Under the pieces are notes generated by a model that saw nothing but the letters and a program-made list of their open reading frames with translations, did not search any database and was not told the origin of the DNA. From positions 143,902,001 through 143,966,000 of the forward strand of contig OZ024742.1 in NCBI GenBank assembly GCA_964016885.1: 64,000 nt of DNA. Reading direction: 5' to 3'. Both the position numbers and the translations under genes were made by a program. The DNA comes from Eledone cirrhosa. Its lineage: Eukaryota. Numbering within the stretch: the first letter of the stretch is position 1; each line of letters begins with the position of its first letter. Positions 54,970 through 64,000 of the stretch are shown here, in pieces.

Positions 54970-57083
54970 AGTATTTAGCAGAGTCCATTGTGATACAAGC
55001 ATTTAGGTCTGATCTCAAGTCTGAGGATACTTACATCAGTTTCTCCCAAAACTCATGCAGACCCTGATTAAGCCATTAAAAATGGTCTCATGTTGACTTT
55101 TACATTGGTACAAGCCACACAATGTGAAACAAAGGAGTAATTGATTTAATCAAAACTATTGTTTAAATGGAATCTGGAAGGATGAAAGGTATATCTGATT
55201 TAGGTGGGATTTGAACTCAAAATAAAAATAAATGTAACTAAATACAAATCTTTTCTTCTGGCACTCTACAGATTCTGCCCTCTACTACCATATTTCACTA
55301 AATGATTATACATAAAAATGAACTAACATCCTGTTCAGTATAATTTGTAACCCCAAATAAAATGCTATTTACAAATATATAACTTAAATTTTCTTATCTG
55401 GAAATTTAATTAAACTTTTACTGACTGATTTAATTAGTGTATATGTCCCTATGAAACTTTTCATCATTAACTAGGAAGACTTATTTAGGGCATCTGCTAA
55501 TATGTTTATGCAGGCTGCTGTTAATGCATACTGGGTTTTAATTAACGTATTTATATTATTTGTTCATAAATCTTATGAGTTTAGTAATTGATGTGAATAG
55601 GTCAAATTATGTTAGATTTAAGAGAGTATCTAAACTAATAGATATGAGACATAACGTAAGAAGTAAAATCTCTACACAATAAACCTACAGCTCAGTTTCA
55701 TTTCCTGCTTGGTTTATTTTTCCAGGGTCTCTGAGATTGATGTAAGGAAGGGATGAAGTTGTTCTCAATCTGAAGACCTCACCTGAATACTTGCAGCAGA
55801 GTTAGCTCTACCAAAGGTATTCAACAACCAGGTGGTAGTATTAAAGTTGGTAACTGATTAAGTCTATCACCCTAGAGCACAGAACACAAAGGGTCAGAAC
55901 AGCTAATCCAACATCTACGACTAGTACTTTATTTTATCGTCCCTGGAAGGTTAAAAGGCAAATTTAACTACAGCAGGATTTGAACTCAGAGTGCAGATAG
56001 CTGGAACAAATATAACAAGGCATTTTGTCTAATGCTTTAATGACTCTTTTTGCTTACCAGAAGCCAATAAGACGTTTCATACATTAACAAATACCTCTGG
56101 TTACTGAAGCTCAAGCATTATCTAAGCAGTTGCTCGATGTTTATTCATGTGTATCGACTTTGGCACTTTAAGGTCAGTGCACTTACTGAACAGATTACAT
56201 ACAGTCTGGTGTTTCATTATATAAAGAGAAAATATTCACTCAATCATGATTTCGTTATCGCTTTAATAGTTTCAAATAAGATGCATCTATAATACTTAAT
56301 AAGATGAATACTCACTTAAGAAGATGTGTCCATCAATGGAAGATTAACACTGTAGCTTTTAAGAAAGTACCACTTCACTTAATCTGTCATTTGGGTTAAT
56401 ATCCCTACCACCGCCTGACTCTTGGCTGTCTTCTGTGGAATCAACTCTGTTGCAAGTATTTAGGCAAGGTCTCCAGTTTGAGGAAAATATCCTCCCTTCT
56501 ACCAACCAGTTACAGACTTTGAAAGGGAACATGGGCATTGTTTTTCTTCTACTAAATCACTAAGGTAACATTGGTTTTAGCTTCATGTCAGATTTAACTA
56601 AGAAATCCTATGATTAAAGCATTTCAACCATGAATATTTCATCTTATTTTCAGACAATGTGCTCTTTTTCTCATTTTTAAGATGGTAAGATACTCTAACT
56701 GCTATAATTAACATCTCTTGTGACTATGTAGCTACTAAGCCATGATTCCCAATCTTTAGACTGTGAGTTCGATTCCTGGATTGGGTGAAGCATTATATCC
56801 TTGAGCAAGACACTTTATTTCATATTTCTCTTTCTGCGAGGAGTTGCAACTGGTAGATAGTATCAGCAATGGAAAGACCAATGGAAACATTGTTCCCTTG
56901 GTCTGATTTGATGAGTTCCACCCTACTCAATAAGTGATTGAGGTCTGGGATCTTGTCAATTTATTTGATCAATCGTAACTATGTAGAGGCTACCTCACTA
57001 GCTCACTGCAGTGGTAATATTTGTCATTGATATTACAAGTTAATGAACTATTCATGTAGACATTACTCCCACTGCTTACTTAA

Positions 57084-57308
57084 CCCTTTAGCATTTACAT
57101 TACTCTATATTTACTATTTCATTTTCATGGTAAACACTTTATCTCATATATATAATTATCTCACATAATATCGAATTTACAAGATTTTGATATTATTTAT
57201 TTTGAGAACAAGACCTTAGCGTAAGTACGAGCAGCCTGTTATGGCTAGTTTGAACAGAAAGAGGAGAGAGAATTCTGGCCAGATATGGCCCGTTTAAATG
57301 CTAAAGGG
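57084..57308. mobile_element. piggyBac-like MITE
   Basis: TTAA|CCCTTTAGCATTTA...TAAATGCTAAAGGG|TTAA. Confidence 0.9.
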
Positions 57309-57549
57309 TTAAAACCTACATATAGCTAGATAGTGTATCTTTAGCAGAGCTCATTCAGCTGTAAATTGTCAATTCACTCTAGGTGCTACTGATAACATAT
57401 AATCCAGTTTAATCTGTTACGTGGTTGGATTGTTGGTGACTAACCCAGCACGAAAACAGACATACATAGGTATTTAACAACATGATGTCTGAATTCCAAT
57501 GGCTTTCTTTCTATTATTGAAAATTTACAAAATAATAAAACCGGAAGAA

Positions 57550-59430
57550 CATCATCATCATCATCATCATTTCATTTTATGTCCGCTTTTCTCTGCTTGC
57601 AAGGGTGGGACGGGAACTGATTTCTACAGCTGGATGCCCTTCCTAACACCAACCTCATTTACAGTGAGTGCTGGGTGCTTTTTTTGCCGTGGCACCTCCA
57701 AGACCACTTTGCAGTGGAATGATATGGACCACAGTCCCTATCATCTCATTTCTACAGCTGAGTAAACTGGAGCAATGTGAAATAAAGTGTCTTGCTCAAG
57801 GAAACAACACATCACCCGGTCTGAGAATTGAACTCACAACCTTTCGATTGGAAGGCCCAATGCTCTAACCACTAAGCCATGTGCCTCCACATATATATAT
57901 ATATATATATACATGCATGCATACATGCATACATTCATACATCTATACATACGTACATACATACATATTTACATATATATATATATATATACATACACAC
58001 ACACACACATATATATATGATAGACATGCCTTGCCTATGTACAAAGCGAAACCTACAGTCAGTAGGCACCTTTTAACCAAATATACACCCCAATCCACTA
58101 CCACCACTCCCACTCCCACTCCCACCAACACCACCCTCTCTCTGTAAAGTTGGTACCACAACATCCAGTCCAAATAAATGAGATAATGAGATCGAGATCG
58201 AGGTTGTGTAGGTGTCACGACAAAAAAACACACAATCCACGCTGTAATGTGGCCGTGTAGGCAACACGGTAAAAAGTTTCCAGTCCGCACTGAAAATGTG
58301 GTTGGTGTTAGGAAGGGCATCCAGCCGTAGAAAACCTGCCAGATAGTCCTATATGAGCGAGACACGGTCACCCGACCAACCTTGCCTCAAATTGGGACAA
58401 CTCCCGTCTAAGCCATGCTAGCGTGGAAGATGGACGTTAAATGATGATGATGATGATGATGATGATGATAGAGGGATAGAGGGGGATGGGTGGGGAGTGG
58501 AAAAGGTCTAAGGTGGTGTACTTATAGGTAATGAAAGAATGGGTGGATGGGTGAGTGTTATGTTGGGGAGATATAGAAAGGACATCGGTGCAAATTTTCC
58601 TCTCCATGTTTGTTTAATCCTGTACACATGGAGAGGAAGGTCTTCTGTGGTATAGCATACCACCAGAGAATGTGATCCTGCATCATCTCCTTTGAGATAT
58701 TTAATTGTATAAGGTCAGCTTTTAATTCCTACAACTTCCTCTTCCATAGCTTACCAGAACTCGAACACCCTGGTTCTTTTTGTGTAGTTGTCATCCTCCA
58801 TATGTATCACATGTGTGTACCATTGAAATCGTGTCTCCTATATGCTGCATCTGGTACCTCTTATGCTCAGTTTCTTTCTCAGTTCATTGATACTCCAGAA
58901 TTCAGGACATTCCTATTACACATCCATTGGAGTATGCTTGCCTTATTTCTTTCCAGTCTTCATAGGTCCTCTGCAGATAGAGCCCAAGTCTTACATCCAT
59001 GCAGCATTGCTGTTTGTAGACAAGCATCATAAATCTACCATCATCCAATCTGCCTTTGTAGCTAGCAGCAGTGGTAGCTCCCTGAACTTTTTCTACCCTG
59101 TTCTCACCCTGACAGCTGTACTTACAGAACATCCACATCCACTGCTAATTTGGTTACCCAGGTAACAGAAGCTGTCCACTACTTCTAGAGAGTCAGCTGA
59201 GCATTAATGCTTGTTTCACGTAGGCTCTTGCTATTTACTGCTCCTGTGAATCTACCACACACAATGCCTATGTTCCTTTTTAATCATCACCATTTAATGT
59301 TGATTTTCCATGCTTGCATGGGTCAGATGTGTTGTCATGCTTTAAGGTGACCATGTCTTGCTCATACGTTTGTCTGGTTTTTGCAACTGGATGCCCTTCC
59401 TTACACCAACCACTTTACAGTATGCAATGG
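57550..59430. mobile_element. Cluster of (TGA)n-tailed SINE/RTE tail fragments, a CORE-like SINE (57738-57890) and an RTE RT remnant (58570-59220, minus)
   Basis: ggaagggcatccag motif at ~57630 (-), ~58311 (+) and ~59390 (-); minus translation resembles MLHGC.TWAL...LERN. Confidence 0.65.
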
Positions 59431-62400
59431 GAACATTTTATCATGAAATACGTACTACCATCTTACAGGGTGGATTGGGTGCTTTTGTTGTGGCACTAGC
59501 ACTGCTGCTTTACAGAGCAGACTGGGTAGTTTTCTTTTTGCCACCAGCACTACCACTTTACAGATTAAGCTGGGTACACCTTTGTCATGACACCATCACT
59601 GGGGAGGCATTGACTTCTCGTAGGAGAATCTTTTAATTTGTTAATAATTTTTGAGACAGTCTATGTCTGTATTATCGTTCTGTTGTGTATTCTATTAAAT
59701 AAGCAATTAGTGGTTTATTAAGTTGAAATCATATCAAGAATTATTTATCCTTTACTTGTTTCAACTCACTCTGAAAGATGATGCAAAAGGGCAATCTCAC
59801 ATCTTAAAACTGATAATAGTGGATCTTGTTATCTTCCTTTCAAGGATTCTTTATTGATGATACACCTGTCTCTATACATTAAAGGTGATCTCATACACTC
59901 CACCCAGTTGTATATACACATTAATGTATAATAAATTACATTCTTTCTGAAAATGGAAATATTAATAGACAAAATTCATAAACAAAATAATAAAGATGAT
60001 GATGGTTAATATATTGAATTTATTTGTATATTCATTTTGCATGTATTACTTCCACAAATTCATGTCTTAGAAGTACCTCGGCAAATAGTTCAGTTTAGTA
60101 GTTGAGGTGATTGATAAAATGCAACAATGAAATCAGAATATAGTGGAAAAGCTTTTGCAAAATAAAAAAAAAGAAGTGTTTTCTTCTTTAATAGTAGAGT
60201 AAGAGAATAGAAAAAATATGTAAAACTGATTGGAACATTTATTATTTGTCTTGAAAATAATTGTTTGTCCTATCTATCAATGAGATTGCATTATGATGAT
60301 GGAACCAAAAATGTTTTCCATATATACAAAAATCACTTAGATGAAAATTAGATGTTGCTTCTAGAAAGTGTCAATGTTATTAACCATAATGGTTAATGGT
60401 AGGAGAAATGATAATGGATGCAGGTAAAATGGAAAGATTTTTAGCTGGCTTCAGACAACTTATAAAACTGGCTTCATTTAAACATTGCTTTTAGAAATAA
60501 CCTTTTTTTTATTCTACAGATTTCTCAGCTTTTCCTTATAACAGGTTCAAATTTAGAACAGAAAATCTCTGTCCTGTCCAATATTGATCTACCCACTGAG
60601 TCTCAATTTAACAGATTTGTTTTGATGATGTCAGTCAGAAATGAGTTTGGTCAACACAAGTTGAAACAAGAACACAAGAGATTATAGTTCATGAACATCA
60701 ATTTTTTAATTTGCTCACTCAAATATTTGCTGAATCACATTAGCCATATTAATGTGGCATCAGCCTCTTGACTCAAGAATGGTATATTCTTATGTTTTTA
60801 GATCAGATAGATCAATCTGCTAAGATGTTAACAGTTCATATCGTATCATGCTGTGTCTGGGACTAAAGCACCACAATGACAAAATTCCACCTAACTTTAA
60901 GTCAATAAAAGCAGGTATGTTCACTGCTGTAAACAATAGCAGAACTGTTGATTTAATAACTGATTCATTACCGTACATTACAGCTCGAGTTCCTTATAGG
61001 AAAAATTACTTTTTGAGAAACTGGTTCCACCCATCCATTGTGAGATTTGTTTCTCATCACATAACACTAAGATAACCAAAAATAAGCCAATACCCTAGAA
61101 TGCATTAATATTTAAATAAAAAAGGATTAGCTTTTAGACCACTTCTCATTGTCTTTTTGATAAGATCCTTAATTCACCTTGCTAAACAAGATGTCGACCC
61201 TGGCCTGTCTGGAAGGTCAGTAGATATGCTTCAGTATTGACTTGGTCTATGTAGACCCACTTCAGTACTGATTTGATCTATGTAGACTCATCCAGCCCTT
61301 GTTAGAAGGTAAAGCAAAAGTTAGACAATGATGATGTTCAGTTGTATTAAGTGTTAAACAGCCATATTTCTGGGAGAACTAATTGTAGGTTGTGTGGGCG
61401 TTTTTCACTAAATTACATTTTCTGTATGTTATTTTTCTCAAAGAAAACATATCAGAAATGGTAATTAGACTAGTTTGGCATATGTCTGTCAATCATTCAT
61501 TAACACCCACAGTCAGGGACTCAAGAGTCTTCGCTGTTCTCTTTTTTATACTCTTGAAAAGCACATTCTCTAGTTGTACAGCAGAATTTTCATGCAACTG
61601 GCTGTTTAGCTTCTTTGCTATCTCTTCAGTTCTATTATGCAAACTTGCTTTGCATCTCATTTTTGTTCTCAATGCTAAAATCTAAAATCTTTATCAAGTG
61701 TCTTATCTCTGTCAAAGATGTAGAGGAATCCATTATGAACAATTTTTTTCATTACCATGATTAGTTAATATATCATCATCCATCATATGCATAAATGAAG
61801 AATTAAAAATTCATCAAAATATGTCAAAAGAATGCATTAATTGTGACAGCAGTGCACATGCAGTAAATGCAACTGAAATGTCACCTGTTGGCAGACATAG
61901 ATACATCAATTAAAGCCAATTAAACAGTTAAATGAGTAGTTTATTAGAATAAATTCTTTAATTTAATATATAGTATAAAATAAAAGCAGCAACAAAATAT
62001 CTATCACCAAATGGGGGCTTGCACCAGTGACATCAACACGTCCGTTTTCAAATGGAGTTTGAAGTGGCACTAAAAAGTACCTGACTCACTTCAATATGTC
62101 AACAAATTTGTTTTTGTTTCATCCTACTATATTACTGATAATCATTTCAGTGACCTCGAAGGAAATGAAATAGGACATTAAATCAACTAAAGTAAATTTC
62201 AAATTCAAGAACTAAATGGAAACTTCAAACTTGCTGTGCAATAAATAATTATTCATTCTTATACATTACTATCTAGATCAGAGATTCTCAAGCTAGGATA
62301 CACAAGAGAAATTGGACAGGAAGGTGTATGAGTTTTGTAAAAACACTGGAATTTTTAAGTAATCATAGCCGATTAAATGTAACGTGTATTTTTTGTAAAC

Positions 62401-62989
62401 ATGCAGTTGACAAGAACCATCACTGTACATTCTAAAGTAATTTTATTCATTTATTGTTATTTCCCTTTCTACCAAGTTGTTTTTTACACTAGAAGCCAAG
62501 AAACCTCACACTCAAAGAAAAACTTATTTTTCTTATATTTTCGATAAGTGCTTTCGAACTTCTGTACATGAATTATTTGATTAAAAAATATAGTGAATAT
62601 TGGAAGTCACATTTTTTATACATTTATATGAGTATAATGTCATCTGAACACACCTCAATCAGTATCATGTGCGTGCTTGTTGTATATTCTGCCAACTACT
62701 AAAATATTAACTTTTTCACCTAGTAATTATGGTGCCCAGAGTGGAGAAAATAATCATACAATGAATTATACATCAAATTTGATTTCAACTGTATAAAAAA
62801 AGGGAAAAAGATTTCTCAGAATGTGTTGTGTCATAAAGTTCTATCAAACGATTCAAAGAAACCAAACTTTCTTAAATGGCATTTCTCAATTGATCATTCT
62901 GATCTAACTAACAAAGAATATTTGAACTAACCTATGTACCACATATACAATTGCTCTGAGAATTGCACCCCCAAAAAAAGAATTGTTTT

Positions 62990-63900
62990 GTCAATTCTAT
63001 GAAGTTTCCTTAGAGAAGGTTTGTCTTTTTTAAATGGAGTGTCAAATGTCAACTCCTGATATAAAGAACATGCACTATATGATACATAGGCATGCATTAG
63101 GTGCAAAAATGCTTCTACCAGCTGTCAAATCCATCCTTGATGATATTTTAAGAATAGTGAAGTTGGTCAAATCTAGTCCTCTGAACACAAAGAATTAAAT
63201 AGTGAGAAGGTAGCATTTTTGTTTCAGATAGAAGTGAGATGAAACTAGAGTTTAAATGTAAAAAAATTAACTAAAAGAATTCTTTTCCAAAAACCAAAAG
63301 GATAATGCAATTAAGTTTGCAGATAAATTTTAGGATAAAACAAAGAATCAAGTCCAAAGCTAGCTGAGCTATAAAGTATTTTCATATAATTCTATGCAAG
63401 CAACAAAGCAATTCGAGGCAACCTAGCTACTATTATAGACTTCATTGACAAATTAAAAATCATTTCTGATGAAACACCAGTTATAGAACAACAAACTGAA
63501 GGTAAGTTGTTACAATATATTTGAGAATATCAGTGAAAGTAGCCCAGAAGTATTGTTTCATGATGTAGGAAAGCAGATTTCTGTTTCCCTGATACTAGGG
63601 ATTAGGATTAGTAACTCACTCAACATCCATTAAAAATCAGCCCACCAGTTCCAGATAATCTGCAAAATGAATTTAAGAAATATATATATATCATAGAGCT
63701 TTTCGAAATTTCTTCCCTATAAACATTCTGTGCTTCAGAGGAAAGTCTTACTCATCTGTGTCTAAAATAAATGTGGAGAGCCTTTTGCTGTTCCCATCTA
63801 TGGTTGTGAACAAGGTTTATACTAAAAACAAATTTCTTACAAAAATGTCATTTAAGAATGATATACAAATGCATGTGTTTGAAACTGTGATTAGAATTGA
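62990..63900 (+). pseudogene. Decayed hAT (Charlie/Buster, ZBED5-like) transposase
   Basis: 63052-63198 reads TPDIKNMHYMIHRHALGAKMLLPAVKSILDDILRIVKLVKSSPLNT (CxxH region), then FLFQIEVR* (HTEVRW-like), IDKLKSFLMK and LLLFPS. Confidence 0.75.
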
Positions 63901-64000
63901 GTTACTTGTTGGGAAGACCAATATTTACCTCTTTTATTTAAAATGTAACATTAATGTGAATGAAATTACTGACCAATAATGCATGTCTATAGTATATAAA

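Noticed and set aside
61392-61685. 97-aa ORF and an antisense open stretch faintly like a hAT N-terminal region
   Set aside because: No diagnostic motif retained; length compatible with chance.

Overview
Repeat-saturated, AT-rich animal DNA, most likely an octopus or other coleoid cephalopod (inferred from the SINE families, dense TA/CA/CATA/GATA microsatellites and LINE content). No host protein-coding gene can be supported. Every long ORF is either a non-LTR retrotransposon remnant (Tx1/L1-like, RTE/BovB-like, R4/Dong-like, CRE-like), a decayed hAT transposase, or a microsatellite artefact. Other elements include tRNA-derived SINEs, Tc/mariner and piggyBac MITEs, and a non-autonomous Helitron. 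The structure the ORF track misses is a population of short Penelope-like (PLE) fragments inserted in (TA)n tracts. Several carry minimal type I hammerhead ribozyme motifs. About ten, from unrelated families, end at their inferred 5' side in a near-perfect DNA fold-back hairpin. In a six-copy family the two arms of each copy share copy-private variants and the loops differ, which suggests the hairpin is made anew at each insertion (cDNA snap-back), replacing the 5' half of the ribozyme. Retroelement clades also appear to partition microsatellite types: PLE in (TA)n, Tx1 in (GATA)n, R4/Dong in (CATA)n. CpG content drops sharply after about 54.7 kb. All family assignments are by eye and need database confirmation.
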